From Octopus vulgaris (Eukaryota): a stretch of 64,000 bases of DNA. Shown here piece by piece: positions 39,042 through 53,485 of this stretch. The stretch's first letter is position 1. Each line of letters starts with the position of its first letter. Below the pieces are notes generated by a model. The model searched no databases, had not been told where the DNA came from, and worked only from the letters and a program-made list of their open reading frames with translations. The translations under genes and the position numbers were made by a program. Where the stretch lies: contig OX597841.1 of assembly GCA_951406725.2 (NCBI GenBank), forward strand, positions 13,826,001-13,890,000, read 5' to 3'.

Positions 39042-39212
39042 CATACACCTGTCTAATCTATCAATCTGCACACCAGTACAAACATGCAAACAAAACATAT
39101 ATATCATATTGATTTCAGAGAATGCTGGCTACTATTTCTAGCATACACATCTACTCAAACTCTCATACACAAAACACGCACGCACATTGATACAGGTATG
39201 TTTTATGTATAT

Positions 39213-39336
<124 letters not shown>

Positions 39337-39389
39337 TATATACATAAAAACATATCTGTATCAATGTGTGTGCGTGTTTTGTGTATGAG

Positions 39390-39528
<139 letters not shown>

Positions 39529-40149
39529 TATATATATATATATGTTTATATATATATACATACCTGCATTGTATTACATTGTCATTAAAAAAATATGTGT
39601 GTGTGTGTCAGTGTCATTAGGTACATTTCCAAATAGATCCATTTCACACACCCACCCACCTACTGCTACTACTACTACTACTAATACTACTGCTGGTGCT
39701 GGTGGTACCCCAAGTTCATTGTAGTCCAATGGACACATAACTGTTGTATGAGAAAGGAGATGGAGAAGAAGGAGAGGTGGTGGTGGTTGTGGTGGTGGTG
39801 GGCAGATACTGAGTGGTACAGCCAGTGACTAATGTACAAAGTCATGGACTTCAGCTGTTATATATACACATGCATGTATATATCTATGTATATACTTATA
39901 CATAAATATATATATATATATGTATGTATATATATATGTAAATATATGTATATATATATATATATGTATGTGTGTATGTGTGTGTGTGTGTATATATATA
40001 CATATATATATATATATACACATACACACACATGTATATATCTATATATATATATGTGTGTGTACATATATATACATACATATACACATATATATATATA
40101 CACACACACACATGTATACATAAATACATTCTACATATATGAATGTATA

Positions 40150-40213
<64 letters not shown>

Positions 40214-40734
40214 AATAGATAGATATGTTTATATATATATATATATATGCATATATGTGTTTGTATATATATCTATACACACACACATACATATATATAT
40301 ATGTACATACATACATCCATAAATGCATACACACACACACACTTGCATATACACAAAAATAGTTAATATATAGATATTACATGTCTGTCTATGTACACAT
40401 ACATATGCATGCACACACACACACACGCACACACACACATGCACATATGCACATGCATGCACACGCACACGCACACATGCATAAGACATTTCCTTTTCTA
40501 ATCCTAAAAGGTCACAGATGTATATGTCTCAGGTGTATATGAAACCAAATATAAAAGAAAAGCTGCACAATGTACTCTGTCTACACACTGGATCTGCAAA
40601 ACAATAAACCAACAAAAATACATATATACACAGACGCTCAAATTGCAAGTAATAACAGCCAAATCTCTATTAAATTCCACTCTAATGTATTAGAAACAGA
40701 AGGACAGGCTGCTGATTGTTGCTCAAAATACAGT

Positions 40735-41148
40735 TACTCTCTTTTACTCTTTACTCTTTTACTTGTTTCAGTCGTTTGACTGTGGCCATGCTGGAGCACC
40801 GCCTTTAATCGAGCAACTCGACCCCGGCACTTATTCTTTGTAAGCCCAGTACTTATTCTATCGGTCTCTTTTGCCGAACCGCTAAGTAACAGGGACATAA
40901 ACACACCAGCATCGGTTGTCAAGCAATGCTAGGGGGACAATCACAGACACACACACATAGATATATATATATATACATATATACGAAGGGCTTCTTTCAG
41001 TTTCCGTCTACCAAATCCACTCACAAGGCTTTGGTCGGCCCGGGGCTATAGCAGAAGACACTTGCCCAAGGTGCCACGCAGTGGGACTGAACCCGGAACC
41101 ATGTGGTTGGTAAACAAGCTACTTACCACACAGCCACTCCTGCGCCTA
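40735..41148 (-). mobile_element. SINE family A, full length
   Basis: Complete head, body and tail. Confidence 0.85.
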
Positions 41149-41164
41149 TGTTAGGATTTAAAAA

Positions 41165-41209
<45 letters not shown>

Positions 41210-41723
41210 AGTGAAATTTACATGCAAGTGGCTGAGTACTCCACAGACGCGTGTACCCCTAACATAGTTCTCAGGTAGACTCAGTGTGACACAGAATGTG
41301 ACAAGGCTGGCCCCTTGTGAATTACAGGTACAACTCATTTTTGGCAGACGGGTAGACTGGAGTAATAAAGTGAAATAAAGTGTCTTGCTCAAGGACACGA
41401 TGTGCCACTGGGAATTGAACTCAGCACCTTACTATCATGAGCTGAATACCCTGTCCACTAAGCCACACATACACACACTTACGCATACAAACAAACACAT
41501 ACCCACACACACAGAGTGAGTGGTGAAAATAAACAGAAAGTGACGCTCAATAAATTTCCTAGAATTTTGCGTGTATGGTTTCATGGGACTTAAAAGTTCC
41601 AAAGACTTCTAGAAGGAACCTAGTTTGCCAGACACATAGAAGAAACCAGATTCAGTTTCTATGTACCTGATGAGATAGGGCCCACAAACCTCTTAAGCTG
41701 CATAGGGCCAAATCAAACTGTTC

Positions 41724-41953
41724 TTAACCCTTTTGTTACCATATTTCTGTTGAGATGCTCTGTGTTTCTTTCAATTAATTTTAAATATAACAAAGAATTT
41801 AGTAAAATAACTTTGTTATCATTAAACAAGTGTTAGGAACATAAATTGTGACTAAGGTTTGGTGGAAGATTTTAATTCAAAACTTATGAAAACAAGACAT
41901 TTGTACTACAGAGCCAGAGGTGGTTTCAGCCAGGTTGGTAACGAAAGGGTTAA
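41724..41953. mobile_element. piggyBac-type MITE
   Basis: TTAA-CCCTTTTGTTACC ... GGTAACGAAAGGG-TTAA: TTAA TSD and CCC/GGG termini. Confidence 0.8.
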
Positions 41954-42097
41954 ACACACATCTACATTTGGGCAGATGCACATTAGAAGCAGTTGGAAGG
42001 GTGTGGATTGAAGGAAATTTAGGCTATTATTTCTAGCATATACAGCGACCACATTGAGGTCTCCTTCTCTCATGTCTTCTGCTGATTATTTTTCTTC

Positions 42098-42327
42098 TTA
42101 ACCCTTTTGTTACCCTATTTCTGTTGAGATGCTCCGTGTTTCTTTCAATTAATTTTAAATATATCAAAGAATTTAGTAAAATAACTTCGTTATCGTTAAG
42201 CTAGTGTTAGGAACATAAATTGTGACTAAGGTTTGGTGGAAGATTTTAATTCAAAACTTATGAAAACAAGGCATTTGTACAACAGAGCCAGAGGTGGTTT
42301 CAGCCGGGTTGGTATCGAAAGGGTTAA
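42098..42327. mobile_element. piggyBac-type MITE, second near-identical copy
   Basis: Same TIRs and TTAA flanks as 41724-41953. Confidence 0.8.
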
Positions 42328-42339
42328 ATAATACATATA

Positions 42340-42479
42340 CAGTAGTACCTCAGTTTATGAACACCTTTGATCATGAATAAATCATGCTATATATATACAT
42401 ACATATATATATAAATATAAATATATATAAAGCACGATTTATTCATGATCAGAGTTATTCAAAAACTGAGGTACTACTG
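42340..42479. mobile_element. pogo/Tigger-like MITE
   Basis: TA|CAGTAGTACCTCAGTTT ... AAACTGAGGTACTACTG|TA inverted termini with TA flanks. Confidence 0.75.
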
Positions 42480-42501
42480 TATATATATATATGTATGTAT
42501 G

Positions 42502-42532
<31 letters not shown>

Positions 42533-42788
42533 TTACCATGCTGGACTGCTGAATTCTTCATGTTTTTTTTTCATTCTTCCTGTTTATTTCCTCTTATTCC
42601 TTTCTGACAAAGAGCATAGGCTCGAAACATAAAAGACTTTTCCATTTTTCCCAACCATCAAACTAATACACTAGCTTGTTGTTTCTACACCTGTTTTTGT
42701 ATTTTGTTTCTCTATAAATTCCAACTATATATGTGTGTATATATATATATATATAACCAAAAAATAATCAACAAGAATGGATCAGTAG

Positions 42789-42874
42789 TTTAGTACAATT
42801 GTTTCATACTATAAACATTTTATTAAAGCTGCAAATATTACAGCAAATATAATGTCAAGTATTCTTCAGCTAAA
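42789..42874 (-). ncRNA. Type I hammerhead ribozyme with intact core
   Basis: UUUAG CUGAAGA AUACU...AGUAU GAAAC AAUU GUA CUAAA; helix I 5 bp, extended helix II, palindromic helix III. Confidence 0.7.
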
Positions 42875-43068
42875 TTTCATATAGGTTTTCCTTGCAGCTT
42901 TAATAAAATGTTTATAGTATGAAACAATTGTACTAAACTACTGATCCATTCTTGTTGCTTATTTTTGGGTTATAATCACCCCACATCATTTTATGGTTAC
43001 TACTATAAAAAAATTCTGGTGCATCTAGGTTAAGTACCATATTCATTTGAATCTAAATTGTTTTGCTG

Positions 43069-43171
<103 letters not shown>

Positions 43172-43445
43172 TTGGAAGGACGGACGGACAGATATACATT
43201 AATGTTTGTTTTTAAGTTCAGTAAAAATAAAAGCAATTTTACATTAATTTGATGTTTTTCTTTATAGTTTTGTTGCAGACGATTTTACTATTCTTAAACA
43301 AGAATGTTGTTGATAGTAACTTCGAAGTTTTGGTCAGTTAAGCAATTGTCAGACCAGATGCTGACGATGGACTGTTTTGCCGAAACTTCAAAGGCCAAAG
43401 TTCAAAGTCATTGCCAATAACATTTCTGTTTACAAATAATATATG

Positions 43446-43478
<33 letters not shown>

Positions 43479-43800
43479 TTGTGTGTGTCTGTCAATATAT
43501 ATACATATATATATATATATGTATATATATTGACAGGCATATATATATAGAAAGATAGATAGAGAGATAGATAGATAGATATACATACATATATATAGAT
43601 ATACATATATATACATATATACAAACATACACACACACACACATATATATAAATATATAGAGAGAGAGTTAGATATTAATAATAATAGGTTAAAATCAAT
43701 TAATTAATTGATTAATAATTAATAATTTTACCAAGTTGATTGGTACATTAAAATAACTTTTTTAGATAAAATTATACATATATATGTATGTGTGTGTGTA

Positions 43801-43893
<93 letters not shown>

Positions 43894-44549
43894 ATTTAGG
43901 TATATATGTATATCTATATATATATATGTATATATAGATAGATATATACATGTGTATACATACATACATATATATATACTCTTTTACTCTTTTACACTTT
44001 TACTTGTTTCGGTCATTTGAATGGAGCACTGCCTTTAAGTAGAACAAATCGACCCCAGGACTTATTCTTTGTAATCCTAGTACTTATTCTATCAATCTTT
44101 CTGGCTGAATCGCTAAGTTATGGGGATGTAAACACACCAGCATTGGATGTCAAGTGATGTTAGCGGAACAAACACAGACACAAATATATATATATACGAT
44201 GGGCTTCTTTCAGTTTCCATCTACCAAATCCACTCACAAGGCTTTGGTTGGCCCGAGGGTATTGTAGAAGACACTTGCCCAAGGTGCCATGCAGTGGGAG
44301 TGAACCCAGATATATATATGCATGTATGTATGTATGTACGTATGTATAGACACAAACATACAAACATACATACATAGAGAGATAGTGTGACAGGTAAATA
44401 GACAAATATTTGCATACCAACATACATACACACACATATATACTTCCATACATACATACATACATACATACATACAAGCATACGTACTGAAGTAGATACA
44501 TACATATACACACATACCTACATACATACTTACATACATACATACATAC

Positions 44550-44580
<31 letters not shown>

Positions 44581-44666
44581 CATAGACAGACAGATTAATA
44601 AATATACATAAATATACACCTATAGATAAACATGTAAATCCACAAGAAGGTGCAACAGAGTCTTAC

Positions 44667-44870
44667 CTGTGTGTTATGTGGAGTTTATTTCCGTATGAAA
44701 GTGTGAAAGTGTGATCGACAAGCAGGTAGACGAGGCACTAACAATTCCACTCCTCAAAAGAGGACCGAGAATGTAACTCCACCACAAAACACGAAAACCC
44801 AGTCATTGTTCGTTCGGCCGACGACAACCGAGTAATAGCTTTGTTATTTTTATATCTTCCTGTCGACTTT
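44667..44870 (-). other. Candidate first (non-coding) exon / promoter of the synphilin-like gene
   Basis: Consensus donor CAG|GTAAGA at 44667/44666; unique, relatively CpG-rich island between microsatellites; upper boundary uncertain. Confidence 0.45.
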
Positions 44871-44879
44871 ATAGTTTAC

Positions 44880-44913
<34 letters not shown>

Positions 44914-45015
44914 ATAGATAGACCGATGGATGGATAGATAGATAGGTATAATTTATATAAAGTTTTATATAAACATGTGTTTATATGCATATGTATGTGC
45001 GTATGTGTGTATGTA

Positions 45016-45046
<31 letters not shown>

Positions 45047-45138
45047 TTATCTATATATACATATATGCATATATATATGTATGTATATATATGTGTGTGT
45101 GTACATATATATGTATACATATATATATATATACATAT

Positions 45139-45171
<33 letters not shown>

Positions 45172-45174
45172 CAA

Positions 45175-45249
<75 letters not shown>

Positions 45250-45270
45250 TACATATAAATACACAAATAC

Positions 45271-45307
<37 letters not shown>

Positions 45308-45562
45308 CATGAGAAAAATCCCCCCACCCCATCCAATGGATGATGCTGAATCATATCTGCTGAATAAAAAGCAATCAGTGTTTTCTTTTCATTAAAAAAT
45401 AATTAAGCATGTTTGTTTTGCAAAATATGGTTTTATCTCTAATAATATTTTATAATATTTTACTATAAAATTGGATTTAATCCTAAATCTGATTTTTTTT
45501 CCCTATAAATTTGGATTTATTCCTAATATTTATTATAAAAAGCACCGCAGTGTTTTCTTTTC

Positions 45563-45617
<55 letters not shown>

Positions 45618-45894
45618 GCCAGCCGGCTTTTTTTGCACAAACTGCTCATGCATTTTTCTCACGTACGCGTAGTATTGATCGCAACAGCTGATGTACTTGT
45701 ACATATAAATGCACGTTCCCATGGCTTTATCGATCACATTCTCACCTGGAATCGATTTTTGTAATTTTTTCAAGACTTATGCATGCCCTGATACCGTTGG
45801 TATCTACATATCAAATTTGAGCGCAATCGGATGGAGGATGCCCGAGATCCTATAAGACACACAGACAGACAGAAAGGATTTTATATAATATATC

Positions 45895-46310
45895 TCTTTT
45901 ACTCTCTTTTACTTGTTTCAGTTATTTTGACTGCGGCCATTCTGGAGCACCGCCTTTAGTCGAGCAAATCGACCCTGGGACTTATTCTTTGTAAGCCCAG
46001 TGCTTATTCTATTGGTCTCTTCTGCCGAACCACTAAGTGACGGGGACGTAAACACACCAGCATCGGTTGTCAAGCAATGCTAGGGGGACAAACACACACA
46101 CACAAACACATACGCACATGCATATATATATATATATATACATATATACGACAGGCTTCTTTCAGTTTCCGTCTACCAAATCCACTCACAAGGCATTGGT
46201 CGGCCCGAGGCTATAGCAGAAGACACTTGCCCAAGATGCCACGCAGTGGGACTGAACCCAGAACCATGTGGTTGGTTAGCAAGCTACTTACCACACAGCC
46301 ACTCCTGCAC
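45895..46310 (-). mobile_element. SINE family A copy
   Basis: Sequence identity with the other copies. Confidence 0.85.
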
Positions 46311-46355
46311 ATACATATATATATATATATAGATATAGATATTATAGATATGTAT

Positions 46356-46388
<33 letters not shown>

Positions 46389-46519
46389 CATATACAAACA
46401 TATACACATATACATGCACATACATATATATACACATACATATCACACACACACACACACACACACATACACACATACACACACATGTAGACCAATTAAA
46501 ACTATAAACTGGTGACAAT

Positions 46520-47465
46520 CTACCCATTGCACCCGGTATATATCAAGAAATATCCAGAAAACCATGACCGGAGGAAACAGTTTATTCCAAGTATCCACCC
46601 TCAGCTTCTTCCCTGGCCTCAAGACAGCTCTGGAACCTGATCCACGTGTTCCTCACTGCTTCCTGGCGAAGGTCTCTGAGCACCTTCTTCATCTTGGCCA
46701 TCCATGATGCCTTGGTGCTGCAGGCAGAGCAGTTGGTGTTTTTACTCAACCATGCCCCTTTATTCTCTAGAAAAATGCCGCCGCCATGGTGATCTCATTC
46801 TTGCTCACAACATCATAAGCGGAAAGTGTAACCTCTCGAAAGAGCTGTTCTTCACTCCTGCTCCAGAGCGTCGGCTGCGGGGTCATTCCGAAAAGCTCTA
46901 CCTGCAACGATTTCATCTCAATCGAAGGAGAGGGGCTTTCTCCGTCCGGGTTGCAGATCCGTGGAACAAGCTGCCAGACGAGATGGTGAAGATGCCGACG
47001 ACCGCTCGGTTCCAAGTTCCAAGTCTCCCTTGACCACAAGTGGCCTGAACTCTTTACATGAACACCACCCTGTACTTAACTCCATGTCCCCCTACATGGC
47101 CTTGCTATTTGCTTTTGAGCCAAATTAACTAACTAACTGACTAACATGCCCCACACTTAATAATTCATGGGATTAGAGCCAATGGAATTAGGGGGCCAGA
47201 AATTGGGGCTGGTGAAGCCCTAGAAATTCTTCAACAACCACACCTGATACCTTTTCCATAGGTATGACAAGGAACCCAATCCTGCTGCCACACACATGTG
47301 GCCTCCCAACAGCAACCCTCTTCAGCCGGGGTTTGATCCCAGCCTGCAGCAGCTTCACATGGACATCTGAATTAAGCGGAAGGTCCCATTTAAAGACGTG
47401 GGGGGTGGCATGATGTCACCGTCACTAGATACACAGCCAAGGGCCATCACAGTCTGGGGGAACTC
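46520..47465 (-). mobile_element. Decayed Tc1/mariner-superfamily (maT/DD37D-like) transposase fragment interrupted by a CR1 insertion
   Basis: Minus translation pieces TVMALGCVSSDG..MPP, VWQQD..P.H, FWPPNS...NPM.Y.VWGMVE and C-terminal F..CLEA.EEAEGGYLE*. Confidence 0.75.
46759..47144 (+). mobile_element. 5'-truncated CR1-type LINE (same family as 6239-6715)
   Basis: Near-identical to 6343-6715; (TAAC)n tail; TSD catgcccc at 46751-46758 and 47145-47152. Confidence 0.9.
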
Positions 47466-48162
47466 TGTGGCCATGCTGGGGCACTGCCAGTGTGTATCTG
47501 CTATCTTTTGTTTGTTTTAGTCATCAGATTGTGGCCATGCTGGAGCACTGCCTTGAGGAATTTTAATCAAATGAAGCAATCCCACGACATTTTTTTTTTT
47601 GCAAAGCCTACAACTTATTCTATTGGTCTCTTTTGCCAAACAGCTAAGTCATGGGGAAATAAAAAATGCACCAAAATTGGTTGTCAAGTGGTTAGTTGGG
47701 AACAAGAAACGTTCCTCAGGGTGGTGCCCCAGCATGGCCACAGTCATATGACTGAAGCAAGTGAATGATGGAAGATAAAAACTGCCCACCCCTTCTCCTC
47801 CTCTTCCTCCACACACACACACACACACATATACATATACACAGACAGACACACACATACATACATTCACACACATATACACCTACACAACAATAGATTC
47901 TGTCTTCCTATCCTGTTCAGTTACATTCCAAACACCACCCACCCATGACCACCACCACATAACTCCCCAAAATACATTCAATTATTTTTTCCCCTATCTT
48001 CTATGGTGACAACCATTGCAGGGGAACATCGAGGGAGCGGTGGTGGAGCAGGGATCCTAATTAGGGGGTCATGACAGAGTAAATAATTTCCTAGGGGGGG
48101 TGGCTTCCTGTCTCTTCACTGTGGTTTGACTCCAGGGTCAGTCCTCATCACACATTCCTACC

Positions 48163-48201
<39 letters not shown>

Positions 48202-48202
48202 A

Positions 48203-48241
<39 letters not shown>

Positions 48242-48244
48242 CAA

Positions 48245-48330
<86 letters not shown>

Positions 48331-48369
48331 GTATATATATGTGTGCATATGTATGTATATATATAACTA

Positions 48370-48409
<40 letters not shown>

Positions 48410-48480
48410 GTGGTGCTATTAAGTTAGACATGGCCTGGGCCAATAATGGCCGAAACCTATCAAAGTATCAAAGTATCAAA

Positions 48481-48605
<125 letters not shown>

Positions 48606-48686
48606 TATATATATTTTATATATGTATGTATGTATATATATATATATATATACATATATATACTTATATATGTATGTATGTATGTA

Positions 48687-48781
<95 letters not shown>

Positions 48782-49199
48782 GTATGTATGTATATATATA
48801 TAACAGCCCTTTTTTGAAAAGATCGTAGCCGTAATCAGGGAAATACAAACTGCATGGAAAAAAAGATTCCTCTACATACACCATGGGGACAAAAGAACCT
48901 GGAATCAGCATTGGCAGATCATGGAACTATTGCAGAGAATTCCTGTAGACTTTTGGACTGAACCAAGGCTGATACCAGTTCCACAGAAATGTTAGGGAAA
49001 GGTTCCTTCCTGCATGAAGAGATCTGAGGAATATACGGATAAGAAATAACCAATCTTCTCTAATTCTACAAAGAAACAATTCCACCAACAAGTTGTATTT
49101 GTTGGAAAGATATACGAAGAGGTTTTTGGGTAAAAGAAAATAGAAGAGGATCAGTTAATTATGATTTTATTCAACTTATTCTCCTCTCAGATTTGGACG

Positions 49200-49577
49200 G
49201 ACGGAAGCACTCAACGATGAGGGTTCCGGTTGATCCGAATCAACGGAACAGCCTGCTCATGAAATTAACATGTAAGTGGCTGAGCACTCCACAGACACGT
49301 GTACCCTTAACGTAGTTCTCGGGGATATTCAGCGTGACACAGAGAGAGACAAGGCCGGCCCTTTGAAATACAGGTACAACAGAAACAGGAAGTAAGACTG
49401 AGAGAGAAAGTTGTGGTGAAAGAGTACAGCAGGGATCTCCACCATCCCCTGCTGGAGCCTCGGGGAGCTTTAGGTGTTTTCGCTCAATAAACACTCACAA
49501 TGCCCGGTCTGGGAATCGAAACCGCGATCCTATGACCGCGAGTCCGCTGCCCTAACCACTGAGCCATTGCGCCTCCA
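49200..49577 (-). mobile_element. SINE family C, full length, inserted into mariner MITE
   Basis: tRNA-like head at 49577; flanked by ctctcagatt MITE sequence on both sides. Confidence 0.8.
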
Positions 49578-50724
49578 CCCTCTCAGATTCACACACTTAT
49601 TGCAGGGGTCCTTCAGTTTTTCTAAGCCCTGTAAAAGAACCTGAAAGGTTGGGTCTCCAACCAGACCTTTCCTGATACCCTTAAAAGCCAGGCCCTTTTC
49701 AGCATTCTTTGTATATATATTTATGTATGTATGTATGTATATATGCAAGAGGGTGTTGAAAGTCCTTGTCTTTGGGTAAAAGAAAATAGAAAAGGATCAA
49801 TTAATTAGGATTTTATTCAACATATTCCCCTCTCAGATTCACACACTTATTGCAGTGGTCCTTCAGTTTTTCTAAGCCCTGTAAAAGAACTCAGAAGATT
49901 GGGCCTCCAACCAAGCCCTTTACAATACCCTTAAAGCCAAGAACCTTTCAGTACCCCACCCTCATATATCACCTTACCATACATACATACATACATACAT
50001 ACATACATACGCACATCCATCCATCCATCCATCCATCCATCCATACATACATACAAACATACATACATACATACATACATACATACATACATACATACAT
50101 ACACACATACATACATACATACGCACATCCATCCATACATACATACATACATACATACATACATCCATACATACATACATACGCACATCCATCCATACAT
50201 ACATACATACATACACACATACATACATACATAAAGACATACATCCATCCATACATACATACATACATACATACATACATACGTACATACATACATACAT
50301 GCATGCATACATACATACATACATACATTCATACATACATACATACATATATACATATATTTACATGAACAAATCCACTCGCATGGTATTGGGTCAGCTG
50401 AGGGCTATAACCAAAGCTATTTGTCCAAGTTGCCAGACAGTGGAACCAGAGCCAATGACACACCTGTTGGAGAAACGAACTCGTTAACCACACAGCCATA
50501 CCTTACACCCCAAAGTGTTATGGAAATATCTTAAGGTGTAAGAAGGGTTCATCTTTCATTCTTTCTTTCCCTGTGTGTTTGGTGTCATTGAGAGGTCAAC
50601 TCTTTCTTATGTAGTGCAAGGAAGCCACAATGGGTGGCTTTTGAAATGCTACAGGTATTCATAGGTGACTGATGATTAAAAGGTGTCTTTGTGTCTCCTT
50701 TGTCCTCCTTGGGTTTTGTAAGAA

Positions 50725-50758
<34 letters not shown>

Positions 50759-50967
50759 TGCTTGTACTTTTCCTCCTGGTTTGTTTACCTAAACATATAT
50801 CTACCTGCATACCTTCCAGCATGCCTACCTTGCTTAATTACCTGTCTGTCAGTTTGTCAGCCTATCAGTCTGTCTGTCTGCCTGTGTTTCTCTCCGTCTG
50901 TCTGTCTGTGCCGCTTCCTTTCTCACTAGCTGTCAATCTATATATGTTTGTACTTGGGTAGACATAA

Positions 50968-51014
<47 letters not shown>

Positions 51015-51117
51015 TGTATGTGTGTATGTATGTATGTATGTATGTATATATATATATATATATATATACACATACATATATATATATATACACACACACA
51101 TATATATACATACATAT

Positions 51118-51190
<73 letters not shown>

Positions 51191-51207
51191 TATATACATA
51201 TATATAT

Positions 51208-52209
51208 ATCATCATCATCATCATCATCATCGTTTAACGTCCGTTTTCCGCGCTAGCACGGGTTGGACGGTTCGACCGGGGTCTGGGAAGCCAGGGGCCG
51301 CTCCAGGCTCCAGTCTGATCTGGCAGAGTTTCCACGGCTGGATGCCCTTCCTAATGCCAACCACTCCGCGAGTGGAGTGGGTGCTTTTTACGTGCCACCT
51401 GCACAGGGGCCGGGGGGTCCGGCATCGGTCACGATCGGTTCGAGCTTTTAACGTGCCAGCGGCACGGGAGCCAGCCAAGGCGGCGCTGGCAACGTTCGGA
51501 TAGTCTTACCGGCACAGAGGCCAGTCGGGGCAGCGCTGGCATCGGCCACGTTCGGATAGTACTTTTTATGTGCCACCGGCACAGGTATCACAACTACTAT
51601 TTCCATTGATATTTATTTCGACGTTCATGTTCATGTACTTGACTCAACAGATCTCCTCAGGCACAGCAGGACTATCTGGGATCCGGGGTACTTTGAATGG
51701 GCAGGGGCTATGTGGAACTGATACAGGAAGCAGCCCGGGTCTTTGCAGTCACAGCATATCTCCAGAGATCTCGGTCCTTCGCCATTGCCTCAGTGAGGCC
51801 CAATGCTCTGAGGTCATGCTTGACTACCTCATCCCATGTCTTCCTGGGTCTACCTCTCCCCTGATACCTTCAACTGTTTGGGAGTGGCACTTCTTCACAC
51901 ATCTCTCCTCATCCATCCGCAGCACATGACCATACCATAGCAAGCGTCGCTCTTGCACACCACATCTGATGCTTCTTATATCCAGCATTTCTCTCAGGAT
52001 ACTTACACTCTGTCGTGCGTGCACACTGACACTACACATCCAGCGGATCATGCTAGCTTCATTTCTTTCAAGTCTACGCATGTCCTCTGCAGTCACTGCC
52101 CATGTTTCATTACCGTGAAGCATGGCAGTTCGCACACATGCATCATACAATCTACCTTTCACTCTGAGGGAGAGACCCTTTGTCGCCAGTAGGGGTAGGA
52201 GCTTTCTGA

Positions 52210-52212
<3 letters not shown>
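51208..52212 (-). mobile_element. RTE-clade LINE 3' end (ORF C-terminus, 3'UTR, (GAT)n tail)
   Basis: FRKLLPLL...[21 protein letters not shown]...LERNEASMIRWMC...RRLLWYGHVLRM. Short tail copies occur at ~7930, 11620, 22500, 23000, 32805, 33385, 37860 and 57985. Confidence 0.88.
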
Positions 52213-52247
<35 letters not shown>

Positions 52248-52261
52248 GCTCCTTCTATATA

Positions 52262-52309
<48 letters not shown>

Positions 52310-53039
52310 ATATGTATATGTATATATACAAATATATATATATTTTATCTTTCTTTTTTTTTTACTTGATTCATGCATCAGACTGTGGCCATTCTGGGGC
52401 ACCACCTTGAAGCATTTTTTTTTAAGGAATCAACCCAGTCTTTTAAAGCCTGGTGCTTATTCTATCGGTCTCTTTTTTTTACCGAACTACTAAGTTAAAG
52501 GGATGCAAACACACCAACACTGGATGCGAAGTGGGGTGCTGGGGGACAAACACACACACACACATTATAAATATGTGTGTGTGTGTGTGTTTGTTTCAGT
52601 TTCTGTCTACCAAATCCACTCTCAAAATTCTCACACATACACGCAAGATGTTTAGTTTTTTGGCCTATTTTCAAAATTTCTTAATTTAAAACATTTCCTT
52701 TTAAATCTTTTTCCAATGAAATCAAAAACATCAAAAATCACGGCTCTATGCCTGGATACAGTTAAAAGGACGAGTGGGCTAAGGGGGAATAACTCTTGTT
52801 TTAGAAAAAGATTTCACGAGTCAAGTTGCTGTTATCTCCCTTGTTTATAGTTTCAAAACTTGATGTGGGTTACGCGAGGAGCCTTCTTATAGTTTATCGT
52901 CTTGTTAGAAATAGCAGTCAAATCTCCCTCAAATCACATCTTAAGGTCTTAACGTAGAGTAGGACATATTCGATTGATGTTGCTAAGGAAGTATTTTATG
53001 GGAATAGTACACAGAATCGCCATTGTTGGGACGTTTTTG

Positions 53040-53485
53040 ATCACAGGTTTGCTTGATTAAGCCTGACCTGGGGCTAAACAGCAATGATAAGACGAAAAGA
53101 CACATTAGATAATGTAGTCCTAGATACACTATGCCTTAATAAAAGATGGGATGGTCATGGCTGGAACATCTTTGATCATAGCCCTGCTTGATCGGGACTG
53201 ATCTGGGGCTAAACAACAAGGAAGGACACATTAGATAATGTAGTCCTAGATACACTATGCTTGAATCAAAGACGGGATGGTCATGGCTGGAACATATCCG
53301 ATTATGGATCTGGTGGATCAGGACTGACCTGGGGCTAAATAACAATAACAAGGAAGGCCACTTTAGATAATGTAGTCCTAGGTACACTCTGCCTGAATAA
53401 AAGATGGGATGGTCACGACTGGAACCTCTTTGATCATAGCTCTGCTGGATTAGGACTGACCTGGGGCTAAGCAACAACAACAACA
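53040..53485. repeat. ~120-bp unit tandem repeat (same family as 17925-18500)
   Basis: Direct sequence comparison. Confidence 0.85.

Noticed and set aside
43351-43390. CTGACGA...GAAAC hammerhead-like boxes (also ~48440, ~60400, ~7000)
   Set aside because: No convincing helix I/III or cleavage triplet; too degenerate to call.
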